DNA of 63,989 nucleotides, counting the filler, from Perkinsus olseni (taxonomy: Eukaryota): NCBI GenBank assembly GCA_013115125.1. It is 28 parts of 28 records of this genome, joined end to end, with 100 filler letters (N's around TTAATTAATTAA, not from the genome) between each part and the next. Parts side by side here need not be neighbours in the genome. Positions count along the whole stretch, not along the records: positions 37,036 to 39,223 come from JABANN010001625.1; positions 39,324 to 41,507 come from JABANN010001626.1; positions 41,608 to 43,790 come from JABANN010001627.1; positions 43,891 to 46,065 come from JABANN010001628.1; positions 46,166 to 48,334 come from JABANN010001629.1; positions 48,435 to 50,595 come from JABANN010001630.1; positions 50,696 to 52,856 come from JABANN010001631.1; 21 more parts are not named here. The stretch is one strand, 5' to 3'. Shown piece by piece: positions 38,972 through 51,808 of this stretch. A program made the translations under genes and the position numbers. The notes beneath the pieces are model-generated. The model saw nothing but the letters and a program-made list of their open reading frames with translations. It did not search any database and had not been told where the DNA came from. Position 1 is the stretch's first letter; every line of letters begins with the position of its first letter.

Positions 38972-39223
38972 CTCGGGACCTCTCGCACCCTAAGCGAGAA
39001 TCATAGCACTAGACCACACAGCCGTGGACAAAGTTGGTACCAGAGCGAGTTTGAGGGAGGCGTTCCGCCGCCGGGCGCAGGTAAATTTTTCCCGACCCGT
39101 CGTATTTTGCCAGGATATAGAGGAAGGGTCGCTTATATGGGGCTGCGCCGAGAATTGATCTCGGGACTTCTCGCACCCTAAGCGAGAATCATAGCACTAG
39201 ACCACACAACCGTGAACATAGTT
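38972..39223. repeat. ~63-bp direct repeat at 188-bp spacing (start of a probable satellite)
   Basis: CTCGGGAC.TCTCGCACCCTAAGCGAGAATCATAGCACTAGACCACAC at 38972 and 39160. Confidence 0.85.
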
Positions 39224-39471
39224 NNNNNNNNNNNNNNNNNNNNNNNNNNNNNNNNNNNNNNNNNNNNTTAATTAATTAANNNNNNNNNNNNNNNNNNNNN
39301 NNNNNNNNNNNNNNNNNNNNNNNTCCGTCGAGTTCTAAGGGTGGCGAGCTTCCTGCTGTCTCTAGTGAACGGTTTGGTCAAGCCGGGAACACTACAATAC
39401 CACACCAAATCCCACGAGTTTTTTTTTCTCGCACTTATAATCAGCTATAAGCGCCAACAGATCCCCTTCTT

Positions 39472-40215
39472 ATGCCAGTCATTCTAGCGTCGCTCTTCTC
39501 GGTTCTATTCTTCGCCTCCACGAACGCTCAGGAAACTGGCAAGTATGTAGCCCCCGTTTCGACGGGGTTTTTCCCGATCATTCACGTGAATAACCAGTAC
39601 CTGAGATTGCTCTACAAGTGCCACGCCGACAGCAATGAGACTTTCATCGCCGGGCCGTACGATCTGTGGTTCTTCAACGAGGAGCAGTACGACATCCTTG
39701 ACTCTCTCCTCCCCTTGTACGCTGAGGTTAAGAAGAACTGTCCTGACACCGTGCTCGACGAGCACTGCTCGTCAACCGTGCAAGGTGATTTTCGTCGAAC
39801 AAAGTATGTCTCCGGGGATACTCTCAGTACCCTTGTGGAGGGCAAGAAGGTGACCTTCAGTAGGGTTAACAATGCATATGTTGTTCCATACCAGGATTAC
39901 AGCAATTACCACTCAGAACTAGTAGCTTACGTGTACGTGTACAACTATGCCAAAGTTGAGATGACATTTTCGTGCGTGGGGGTGAATCTGACGGCGGTGG
40001 TCGCTCCCCCCTTCGTGATCTATCCCGCTGAGAGTCACTTTGGATATACGATGAAACCGATCGACGCTGGTCTTTATGAGGCCTTCAAAGGCGACCTGAA
40101 GATTACCTGTGGTCTAGTTGTGGAGCCGATCGACTTGAAATCGATAAACTTCGTCACCTTCGACAAGGCATACATTGAGCTAGCAGACTTCACTCGACTA
40201 CTTACTGCGATATAA
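39472..40215 (+). CDS. Secreted lineage-specific protein (247 aa, intronless)
   Basis: Signal peptide (LASLFSVLFFASTNA-Q), clean ORF, two weakly similar Cys-containing halves. Confidence 0.75.
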   Translation: MPVILASLFSVLFFASTNAQETGKYVAPVSTGFFPIIHVNNQYLRLLYKCHADSNETFIAGPYDLWFFNEEQYDILDSLLPLYAEVKKNCPDTVLDEHCSSTVQGDFRRTKYVSGDTLSTLVEGKKVTFSRVNNAYVVPYQDYSNYHSELVAYVYVYNYAKVEMTFSCVGVNLTAVVAPPFVIYPAESHFGYTMKPIDAGLYEAFKGDLKITCGLVVEPIDLKSINFVTFDKAYIELADFTRLLTAI

Positions 40216-43200
40216 ACATCTTTTTCCGCTTTTCACGAAGTTATATGGAGGCTGAGGTCCATCGATGCTGGCTCACTGCTAGCGCCACTCTCTCGTTGCC
40301 TTGCTCTTCGTGGCCTTGCCGCCTTCTATGAGCGATGCAAGATGATAGGGCTGGCGAGGAGTCTTCTCAGAAGACTGAAAATATATTGGATCATAATGTC
40401 GATGCTTTCACTATCGAAGTCAGCATCCGTTTGAGACCTAGATGCCAATCCTCGCGTTCAGTCTCGGGCACCACTGGCAACGAGTACTGTTGATCCGTAG
40501 CTTTCGCTCTTAAAGTCAGTCCTATGACTCATTAGCTATGCGCTCTCTTGCATCACGTGTTATTCAAGAATACCGCCTTTCGATAGCCGTAGCCTCTTAG
40601 GCGTTGCCAACAGTTGAGGATGATGATGCCAAGGTGTGCTGCGGGCACAGTCATTAATGTCATCATCGTCTTGGATGCCGAGATGATATGCACGATAAGC
40701 TTCGACGTAGCACTCATCATTCTGTACTCGCACATTGGAGGTTTTCCCTCAGCCTCATCGATAGCTGCGAGAACAGTCAGTTCTCCCGAGTTCGTTCATT
40801 TTCCAAACTATATTTTGGGGGCACTAGAACTAATGGAAGGTTCTGACTACGAGCTTCTGAGGAGCTCCATGTCACAGCGGTAGCAAATCATAGGTCAGAT
40901 ACGCAGAGCGCGCGAGCTGTCAAGCAGCGAGAGACCCGCCGCGCTTCGTCGGGCAATGGCATTGACTGATAAGCCGAAGAAGCGACTGCCATTGACTCAA
41001 TGGGAATTCTTCCCATTCGAGTTTTCACCGATCCCACGCTTTTGAAGTTGGACGAGGAACTGGGAGTGAACACAACAACGGCTATCATACGAAAATCCAG
41101 TTTGAGTTGCGGAACCGTACCAGGACTAAGCAAGTCTCTCAATAAAATCAGCCTCAACGCCTTGTCGACAGTCAATCCGAGTGCCAACGCAATGCGACAA
41201 ATGATGAATTCGAGCTCGTCTCCGGCACTCAGATGAGCCCGGGAATGAAGATGTAGGGAACGACCTCGCAGTAGCGGTCCCAATCCTTGCCGTACTTTCT
41301 GAAGAGAGAAGATCGTGCTTCCGATCATACGTGATTGAGAAGACGATGCTTACTGTTGACAACGGGCGTTATCTCTGAAGTATCTCTGAATGATCATACA
41401 AGTGAAGAACATCCAATGCACGAAAGGCAGCAGGCAAGATACCGTCGCACAAGAGAGAGCCCAAACTCCGGCCATGGTCCAGTCGGCTGCGTAATGAATC
41501 TTCCGCGNNNNNNNNNNNNNNNNNNNNNNNNNNNNNNNNNNNNNNNNNNNNTTAATTAATTAANNNNNNNNNNNNNNNNNNNNNNNNNNNNNNNNNNNNN
41601 NNNNNNNACGGCGACTTGTCGAGTACGAGCGACTGATTGTGGGCCATGCTCAGTATGCAGTGAATGTCATTCACTGAATGATGGAAAGGTGATCTCCCTA
41701 CGGTAGAGTAAGCTTAGACGAAAACCCTCTCTACTCTTCATGAAACCAGACAAGTGATCGTTCGATAGCCCGAAGGCCCTATTGCCCAGTGTTTCTCGGC
41801 TAGTGGCTGCATACAGTGACGACCACCTTCACTGCCTACTGTGTGACACAACCTACGCTTGGGCCATAAGCACGCGCCGCATGCTGTCTTCACGCACGGG
41901 CGCCTAGGAAGTAAGAGCCGCCATGGCCAAAAGCAGCCTGCCGAACGAAGTCGTTCCACACACAGCCAAATCGTGGAGCTATATCTGCTAGATGGCCTCG
42001 CATAACAGGGCCTGCATACTGCAGCCCTCAGCGCTCGCCCCAAGCTGCCCTCTCGGGCCGAGGGCTTCGGCAAGCAGAATCTGACGACATAGTAGTGGTT
42101 TCAGCTGACCTGAGTCGATTCGCGCAAGGCCAAGCTACTGGGCTGTCATTGCCACTCGCAGATTAACGGGGCGCAAACACTCCCCCGTCATAATGAAAAC
42201 ACATGATGTCGATGTAGCCATGGAATTGGTGGTGGTGGGTAGACAGCCATCTGTCTCCGGACGGCTAGATGCGCGTATGTCTGCGTACATGCAATATAAC
42301 TCATCACTGTTTGACTATTTGAGACACGGCCTCTGTCACGGAAATGAGAGAAAGGCAAAACCAGTGTTGAAGGAATTCAAGCGATGGTGTGATCAGTGGG
42401 TTAATCTACCACGTATACTCATGCACGAGAGTGCGAGACGCAAGATGATACGAGATGGTGTTACCTAAAGATAACACCGATCGTCTGTTCTCTCAGACTG
42501 AATGGACAGGCGCTCGGTGTTGCTTTCATGGTCATTACTGACACTCCTGCCAAGTTGACAGCTGCACTGTCTACATAACACAATAGATCTGTGCCCAATC
42601 TGCTTGTGTTCTACACCTACTGCAACGACATGGAGCAAGGTATCATCAACCTTGTCGGCAGCCTACTGAGGCCCGCGGCTTGATGACTATCTGATATCTG
42701 CACGTGCCTTTGGGATTGTGTCCCCAGCGTTGTTATCACCGACCGGATCATGACTTCGGGTTCATCCTTCCTCGAGTAGTCGCCGAATGAGTTTATCTGA
42801 TCAAGACGCGCTTCGCCGCATCGCATCAGTCAACTGGGAGTGTTGGGTGAGACTGTGGTGTAAATTAGCCCGAGACCCGAAGACCAGTAGACATCGCCAG
42901 GATGTCCCACACGCCTCGGGCCAGCGGCCAATACAACACCGCAGTCACATTGCCTGGCACGCACGCACACAGGCAATGTCTCCCACATAACTAACCAAGG
43001 GTAAAAGAAAAATTCCCTCGGATCCGGCCCGGAAGACCTTCTCACGCCGGGTTCCGCTCCTTACAACCACGAACGCAACATGTCTTTGCTATCGACCACT
43101 TTGGTCGATTACGGGGGCGCGCGAACAGCTCGCGCAGAAACGATGCTTGCTACGCTTGCTTGAACTTGCTCCAGGCAAAGCCCGGACCTTCACGGAACGG

Positions 43201-46200
43201 TCCTTGCATTCAGTGCTTTTCGAGTGACCTTTTCATATGAAGTCTACAGATGCTCTGCGGATTTTGGTCCGAAACTTGGCCCATCAGCTCCCTCAGCACA
43301 TTGGTGCCCTTCCCTTGAAGGATACCAATTCTCGAGTGTGATGATGCACTTCATGAGGTGCAGTCCACAAGGTCCTCATCCTGACCGAAGTCTCCATAGT
43401 CCGGCGAGTCCCGACCCATGTCGAACTAGGTACTCTCCTTACCGATTCTATTATGGAACCGATGTGCCGCCACGGTATTACCGTGACGGTAGCATCACTT
43501 TTTTCACATTTCCCCCGGGGAATTTTCCTGACTCTCGTCCGCTGAACACAACCGAAGACGCTCATTAAACCTCGAAAAAGAAATAATTACCTCGAAGAAA
43601 ATGCCTATCTTCAAAAAAAGTTTTTTCAAAAAACTATGGATAAACCCTGTTAAGGAGTGACTGACGACTTCGTGAAACGACCTCCTGAGCAAGTGTGTCG
43701 GTCCCTTGAAAGGTGCTTCTAGTTAAGTACATTGGCCGAAAGTAACAATCACGAATCTTGACCGAATCAAGTTGAACCGAGATTAATACANNNNNNNNNN
43801 NNNNNNNNNNNNNNNNNNNNNNNNNNNNNNNNNNTTAATTAATTAANNNNNNNNNNNNNNNNNNNNNNNNNNNNNNNNNNNNNNNNNNNNACTGCCCGAC
43901 TAGTTGTGCCTGCACACCACTCCTTCCGCAACTTTTATGCAGGCCGAGCCATTCAACAGAGGCTCACTCGTGACTTCGAGCGATGGCCTGGACTTCCTAG
44001 GACTGATCGCTTGGATGATGCTGCTAACTATGCCGCTTCTCAATGCCTCAGATTCGACGGCACTCCTGCCAGGTTTCCGCAACTTCATCACTGCCTCTCT
44101 TCTCACCTGACTCAGGGCACGGTATTACTCCTTGCACGGCGGGCGACGGCGCGTTGGCATACCACACCAATCGAAACTTCCAGCATTGTTGAATCAATCT
44201 AGCTATTCTGCTGTTTCCGGCTATTGTGAATGCGCAAAGCGGCGACAAACTGTATGAGTTGTCACCCCCCCAAAAATACTTAGTCTAACCGTTTTCCACT
44301 GACGTACTCTCAACTCGAAAAGCCACTTCTCGGGACTCACCGCCATGATGTAATCTAGGTGATACTGGGCTTCAAAATCCCGCAGCTTTTGCTCCAACCC
44401 CGAAAGTTCTTTCTGAGGAAGGCAACGTCACCTCTATCGCGTGCGTTCCCGACAAGTGAGGCGGGTGATCCTCAATCTACCGTTTTCAGTTGCGACTGTA
44501 GCGCCCCATGTCTACATAACACGATGGAATTGAACACTCAACTGTGCGTGCCTTAACTGTCATCTGCTCTATCCCGTTCACTATGGCCCGATCTACCACC
44601 GTTGGGTTCTACTTAACTAGGGACTGTGCTGCGATTGCGACTGTAGGGCTCCGTGCACTCTCTGCATAGCATAGGCGACGATTTGACCACTAGCGTTAAT
44701 AACGCTGCGTTATCATACTAGCGACCCGTCATCAACACCAATTCTCTCGAGGCCTCACTCTATCTGCTCTATGTCGTTCACTATGAGCCCAGTGTACTGA
44801 CGTTGTGTTCTACGTAATGTACAGCTACAAAAGTCGAGCGGAGCGAAGCTCACATTGGTGACTCCGTTACGATCGACTAGGATAGAAGACTTCCTAGCCC
44901 ATGCTTCCATATACTCCTCCTTCTCTTTAATCGATGCTTGCAGGTCCTTGTCGTTGTAGTAGATTGCGTAGTAAAAGTTACCGTAAAGATACCTAATCAT
45001 CGACCAACCTGTCTTGAGCAGGCTTCGACCTAAGATATTTCCAGTCTATTCAGCAGCTGAGTGAAATTTGAATATCCCAGAGCGGTCCGAAAAATAGGAC
45101 GTAAAGCAAATACTTTTTCCCTCTGACTGAATCAGAAAGTTCCAACCTCACACCCCCAGTTTAACTAAATATCGAGACGACCAAACAGCAACGAACCCGC
45201 CTCCCATCGGCCAGGCGTGGCAAAGCTTCTCCGAGTCTTGATTTAACCAAGCTACCCAAGGACGAGCTCTCCTCGGCTATTGAACGACCAACGACACACG
45301 GCCTTTTTTGATACGCCGACCCTAGGGCTCACCAGAAAAGCTCAGAAGGCGCGCCTAGCGACAGCGCCGTGATTCTCTGAACTCACATATGGTAGTAAAT
45401 AAGTTTGGACAGATCCATCAGCTGCTCGTTGCTGAATTGGAACTCCGCCTCGGGGAAGACAAAACCGACGTAGACGGCGGGAAGGTAGGATGTGACCCGG
45501 GGATCCTGAAAGCTTGCTGAATCTCACCGCGAATTCGAAGCATTCGGCAAACTCAGAGAAAATTTCACGCATATCGAGTTCGCAAACAGTTCCATGATAT
45601 CACTTGATGGCTAGTAACTACTTCGATCCCCTCCCGATAAAAGTTCAATCTGAAAATTTCCGGTCCGAAGGTTAGATGGGACCGAATCGTTTTCGCGTCC
45701 GCCAAAGTTCTACGGCCCACTTGTCGCAATGAATGAATAGACCCTAGAAAAAAAATAACCGTATTAGTTTCAAATCTTTTCTCGAGGCGAGCTCTTAGCG
45801 ATATTGAGGCATCCCTCACATGAGAGCAATTGTTGCCCATGCCCTTCGGAATCCATTCGCCGTCGTGAGGAGAGAAACATTCATTCGGTCCCGTCCGGGT
45901 CGGAACCTACAGGGAACAGGAAAATCCCAGAAGTCTGTTTCGATAATTAACATGCTCGCTCACTTTCGTGGTCATAATACGGAGCTCCCCATCAACCGGT
46001 TGAAGCACGTAAGATTCCGATCGGCCCGCACGCTGCAAACCTGCAAGGAAGCGTGGACAATGATGNNNNNNNNNNNNNNNNNNNNNNNNNNNNNNNNNNN
46101 NNNNNNNNNTTAATTAATTAANNNNNNNNNNNNNNNNNNNNNNNNNNNNNNNNNNNNNNNNNNNNCCGCTGGGCGGAGCGAGGTGTGACAAGATATGCCG

Positions 46201-47719
46201 GAAGATACGATGCGAGCAATCGTCATCCATCTACAACGTCGTGAATCCACCTACTCGTAGTCTATCGGCAATGAACAGCAGCTCATACATGATTCACCGG
46301 AATGGATCACTGTGATCTGCATCAGAGAGGACAGACCCCGTCCACCCAAGAGCATCATCCACTGTCACATACACAGTTTCAGCCCGCCAGTTCTTACGTT
46401 GATACTGTTATCGAATCAGATGACTGAGTGCAGACTACGAGGGCTGTCACGAAAAGCTAGTGGTCGCTGTCCCAGCCTACGACTCTCGAGTAATCATCCG
46501 TAGCGATGGTCACAACTTGTGACTCACAAGTATAGGAAGACAATGAAGTGTTTCTAAATCATTGCTTGGGCCCAAGTTGAGTCACGCATAGACCTCAATT
46601 CGATCATAGATCCCACGTAGCCTATCAGTTGGGTGCCGCTTCAGAAGAAGAGTTGCGTCATGAACTGCGATGTTGCCACAACGATAGTGTGGCCCAGAGA
46701 ACACAATACTCAGATATAGTTGCCTCTTATTAGGAGGGTTTAATCTCACCCATGCAAGCACAGATGAATAGTAAATCACTCACTCCTCGCAGAAGACAAT
46801 CTCACAAACAATGTCGAGCGCGCCAAACAAATAGCCACTAGAGGCGGAAGAGAGAGGATGAGTTCAGAAAAACTTAGTTAGGGGCACAGTGGCCCACATG
46901 ATGAGCGGCTACGGTGTGGCGAGGGTGACTAATAGCCACTTTACTCGTAGAGGTACTGCGCAACAGCCACTGGGAGACTGCGCCGGGGAAAAGTACGGAG
47001 GAGCAACCCCAATTTCGGACCGAGTACAGCCGTCCACCGTCGTGTGCCCCGAGTCTGAGCTGCTTTGTACAGCATCGGAACTCCACACTCGACCCACGTT
47101 GTCCTCGCCAAGGACCATGCGTGTTTCTCGAAAGGCACGAAGGAACCATTAGCGGAGAGTCTCGAGCGGATACTGTATACCATTGGGCGCACGCCGCGTG
47201 GTGCACGCATGCATCATTCCATATCCCATAGGGGAATCGAGGTGTCATTAACGAGGGGAAGTGTCTCCGTCGTGCTGTTGACCAGCAGCTGGTCGAAGCC
47301 TCTCCACCATACGCCTTGCAGATTATTTAGTTTACATCTCCCTGATCTGCGTCGCTAAGAGTTCGGGCCCCAGATGCCCCATTTGCTAGCTTCGCCGCAC
47401 GGTGACACGGTTACACTGTCACCCCTAGTGTCTGCACCATTGCTCCTTGATGCTCTTCCTATAAATGCTCTTTTTTACGGCAGTAGCTGGCGTGATTGAC
47501 AAATTTTGACCTTTATGCCTTACATGATGACTGTCGATTTCTGGCATTCTTGTTGACTCACCCGGGATAGGTAATAAGATCGTTCAGTCGTTGTGATTAG
47601 CGCGCAAAGGTGGCGCCCGAGTTCATGAAGTGACGCGATCGATTTTGCTGTGGCGGAAAACAGGCCAAACTCATCCAAGAGATTATTCTTTTCTTTGTCT
47701 CACATTACCCCTGCTACCT

Positions 47720-48310
47720 ATGGTCCTAAACCTGGCCATCATCCTAACGTCTCTGCTACCGACACTGCTTTTTACTTGGACGAGCGCTCAACCGGTTGGG
47801 CATTTCGCGTATGTCTTTCAACCTGTTGGCCATCCGGAGAGCGTACCAATTCGCGAGTCCTCCTTGGTCGTAACCCTGGACAAGACTGTGCATCTGGAAA
47901 TCAACGGAGTTACCGCGGGTGATTTCAGCAACGGAGTGTATTCTCTCAAGAGAGTGGGTGGTGACCAAGGCAACGACTACATTTTTGACTTCAGTGGGAC
48001 TTCCAAAAGTCTCGCATACTGGTACGAGAGGATGAGACAGACAGGTTTACGATCCGTTGACGGCGACTTCGAGACTTTGAGGTTCACATCATCAGACACG
48101 TTCACCACTCTTTTTTAGGGCCGTTCGGCGACCTATGAGAGAGTCAGACCTGGAATTAAAACACTGCCGAACGTCTATTATCACACTTCTGAGTTCTTGG
48201 ATATTCGATATGAGATCCACGGCAACTCTCAGCCATCAGACATAAGCAGTGTCGATATGAGTGTGTTAGATACTCGCTCGCACCCATCAGTATTCCTGCA
48301 ATATGTGTGA
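47720..48310 (+). pseudogene. Secreted protein similar to 39472-40215, interrupted by an in-frame TAG at 48116
   Basis: Signal peptide ...TWTSA-QPVG. GDFETLRFTSSDTFTTLF*GRSATYERV aligns with GDFRRTKYVSGDTLSTLVEGKKVTFSRV. Confidence 0.55.
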
Positions 48311-48573
48311 AGTGTGATTGTGTGAAACGGCTGTNNNNNNNNNNNNNNNNNNNNNNNNNNNNNNNNNNNNNNNNNNNNTTAATTAATTAANNNNNNNNNN
48401 NNNNNNNNNNNNNNNNNNNNNNNNNNNNNNNNNNCGCTACATTCTGGGGCTTGGCCTTATCCATGGTAGCAGCAAGACGTTCGGGTAAGCCATCCATTGT
48501 CCATGCCCGAAGCATAGTCCCTCCGGCCCAGACGAGATGAGCGACTTGCTGATTCTCGAAGTCGCGGAGCTTT

Positions 48574-49250
48574 CTAGCAGAGGCCCCGAAATGATACGAT
48601 CAACCGCCTCCGGGTGAACAACCAGTGTTGCTTGGGACCACCCACAGAGGGATAGAGAGTGCGGACGATATTCTTCACAAGTTTCGTAACGGAACTTTCG
48701 TTGATAGAAGCAACGCATATGCTCAAAACCCCCTTGGCCACTTCCAGATCAATCCCCAGCTTCGCAATGGCCCATAGGATGTTGGCAGAATGCTGGTCAG
48801 CGAAGCGGAACTTTGTATCGGCTCGTTTAACATACCTGGCCATGAGTGCGCTGGCCACCTCGCGAGTTTCCGTCCGAAACTTCTCGGGCGCTCGTGCCAG
48901 TGCCCAGAGGGTGTCGGCGAGTTCCTGGTGATGAAGAGGCCGTGGGATGTCCGAGAGGCTCCTTAGGATCCGTGAAAAGTTCTCAGGATCGGCAGGCCAA
49001 TTTTGGGCGGAGGCCATCGACCACACAATGGTGGCTAGATGTCGTGAACCCATCTGGCCGATGAAGCGGCAGATCTTCGTATCGAGCTCAGTGCGATCAA
49101 TCTGGTCAGACGACCTGAGAGTGGCAGCAGGAGGCGAATGGTGGCTCATCGGCTTTTGCAGCCGCATCTACATTCTAGCCGCCTCGAGTTTGGCTACCGC
49201 CCACGATGTATTCTCCAGAAGCTGTTGGATCTGCTTCACCGGTACCTCTT
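48574..49250 (-). pseudogene. Helical-repeat (HPR/OPR/RAP-associated) RNA-binding protein fragment
   Basis: Repeats RHLATIVWSMA, QELADTLWALA, QHSANILWAIAKL; an upstream repeat (ENTSWAVAKL) is cut off by a stop. Confidence 0.65.
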
Positions 49251-49385
49251 AACCAACTCCGCGCAAAGGTCTAGCCAACACAAAGTGCTACACTGGTTTG
49301 TCCTGTGCGTTTATTGTTGGTTTTTTACTCTCATTCACTCAGGCTTGCTTCCTACAGTTTATAGATTGTTGTTCCCCTTAGTCTC

Positions 49386-50595
49386 ATGGCCCTTTGTTGT
49401 AAGCGGCGGCGTACAGCCTGAGCTCCTGGGAGACCAACGACAATATCGTTCTTCAAGCTCTTCAGCCTCGCTTCTAGAACTGACTGGATTCTATTGGCTG
49501 TTGGAGTCTTTGCTGCCGCTATCAACGGCGCCGCCTTCCCCGCGCTCTCGTTGTTCATGGGCGACTTCATGGACGAGGTCGGGACCAGTTTCGCGACAGG
49601 AGATGTCACGGGTGTCCTCAGCAACGTCCGAACGGTTTCGCTGCGACTCGTTGTGGTCGCGGCTGTCGCATTCTGGAGTGCATTTGCATGGCATGCTATC
49701 TTCACCTATTGCTCTACCACCATTACTACTCGCATTCGAATTGAGTACTTCCGCGCGGTGCTGAACCAAGATGTGTCTTGGTTTGACCAGGAGACTCCTG
49801 CAGCTTTGCCGTCTAGGATGAACGAAGATATTTTCAAAGTACAGGAGGCCATTGGTTATCGTGTCGGTCTTACCGTGGCCAACTTCTTCCAGTTCGCATT
49901 TGGCTACGGTGTGGGGCTCTACAGAGGCTGGCAACTAGCTCTGGTGATGATGTCGACGATGCCTTTGCTCACTGCATCCATCGCAGTACTATCTAGGAGG
50001 ATTGCCAAGAAGACTGCAAGGGCTCAGAACTTCTACGCGGAGGCCGGCGCTGTTGCAGAAGAGGTCGGCAGGGTGAAGCGGCTGTCCCACGGACCAAATA
50101 TTTGGCACACGCATCTTTCGCTGCGCTCTTGATATCCTTAGCTCAAACGGCCTGTCGCAGTGTAGCATCGTGAAGAATTGGTGAACTGCGTATATCGCAT
50201 TCATTTCCTAGGTGGTGTATACTGCACAATGTCAGGTCGGCGGTGTATAGTCTTGCCTTCTATCAGGTACTCTCGGCAATGAAGACCGTTGTTGCTTTTG
50301 GTGCCGAGAAGCGTGAAACTGAGAGGTACGGTGCGAAGCTTGTCGCAGCTCGAGACGGCGAGGTTAAGGCCGGATTCCATAGTGGAGTCATGACGGGCAT
50401 TATTCTTCTCTGCATCTTCTTCACCTACGCCCTGGTATTCTGGTACGGTGGCAAACTTATTTACGATGGCACTAACAATTCCTCCACCGGTGAGCCTTAC
50501 GATGGAGGTAACGTCATCACTATCTACTTCGCCTGCATTATGGCGACATTTGCATTGGGGCAGATAGCCCCCAATATATCCTTTTTCATCGAGGG
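49386..50595 (+). CDS. ABCB/P-glycoprotein (MDR) transporter N-terminal TMD, one intron, 3' partial, in-frame TGA near the start
   Basis: SFFKLFSLASRTD, RIRIEYFRAVLNQDVSWFD, GWQLALV, YAEAGAVAEE|VLSAMKTVVAFG, YALVFWYG, LGQIAP; intron ~50064-50266. Confidence 0.9.
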
Positions 50596-50737
50596 NNNNN
50601 NNNNNNNNNNNNNNNNNNNNNNNNNNNNNNNNNNNNNNNTTAATTAATTAANNNNNNNNNNNNNNNNNNNNNNNNNNNNNNNNNNNNNNNNNNNNCGCTC
50701 GCCCTAGGCCCTCGCGGGTCCTTCCCCGCTCGGGCCG

Positions 50738-51808
50738 CTACATTTGTGAGGTACCCCGCATAGAGCGAAGCCTCCGTCCACCTAGGCCCAGTAGTTGACG
50801 AGAGAGCAGCTTACCACCAGTGCCGAAGGGAACGAAGGGCAAAGATCTTCGGATCTCCTGGGGAAGAACATTCATGATCTCCTCCGCCAGGGAGAAGAAC
50901 CGTTTCCTCCCACTCTGTAGAGATTTTCCACATACTCCCGTGCACGCGAGGACAACAGGCCAGACCCAGTAGTCTCTACGGAGATCCGTGCAAAGCCTGG
51001 GACCATGCGAGCTAAGGCCCGTACACTTGAGCGCGGCGGATTTGCACATCGGGCACATCAATGATCGTGGACCTAGCACAGCTCCAAATCCAGAGAGTGG
51101 GTTGAAGATATATGTATCCTTCAAAAGGTACTTGTCAAGGTTCGGCACCGTATCCATGCTGGGGTACTCAGCTCTAACCCATCCGTTGAAAGTTGTTGGG
51201 GTGGCCTTCCGGTTGATAGCGCCGAGCACGAAATCACACTGGTACTTCGGGCATGTTCCACAACCCAGCGTCTCCTGCGACGACCATGGAACGATAGCTT
51301 GCTTCAAGGGAACTTGCGGGTTATCTTTTCCCGGCTGGGCATCCGATACTTGCGCCTCACCAGAGCAATCCGCCGTTTGCGGTGGCGTCGGTGGGCCACT
51401 GGTGCTGCCTAGAGCATCGTATCCTTCAGAATCATGTCCAGACTCGGCAACATCATCTTGCGAAGAATGCGATGACCCATCACCAGGGACCCCGGCCTTC
51501 CCCTCATTGGGAACTTCCTTGGGAGTAGTAGAATTTTCCGCACTGGTGCTATTCCTGCTACTGCTGCCCGCAGATAAAATAAAAATGCTTGGGTTAGGGT
51601 TGACATATGGGGCTCTCTCCTTCCCACGCTGGTAGAGGAATTTACCAATCTTTATAGGCTCCCCTCGTCTCCACTTCTCGACCAGGGCAACGACCTTGGC
51701 GCTCTGTCTCCCTCTTGGCGAAGCACCGCCACTGTCGATGATCTGCTTCACACGATCTTCCACCTCCCGAGGTGTGAGTTCACGGTGACGACGCGATGAG
51801 AGTGGCAT
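50738..51808 (-). mobile_element. Cys-cluster protein resembling DUF6729 / transposon-associated CxC domains
   Basis: CPMC...G...PRLCTDLRRDYWVWPVVLACTGVC...IMNVLPQEIRRSLPFV. The family assignment is from memory, not from a search. Confidence 0.45.

Noticed and set aside
45342..45572. LPRGGVP as a phosphoribosyltransferase motif
   Set aside because: Short ORF with no other PRT features.
1406..49421. Stop-codon reassignment suggested by in-frame stops at 1406 (TAG), 20813 (TAA), 48116 (TAG) and 49419 (TGA)
   Set aside because: The stops are rare, of all three types and mostly in repeats or paralogs. Long conserved ORFs lack them and intact genes end in normal stops, so decay or local readthrough is simpler.
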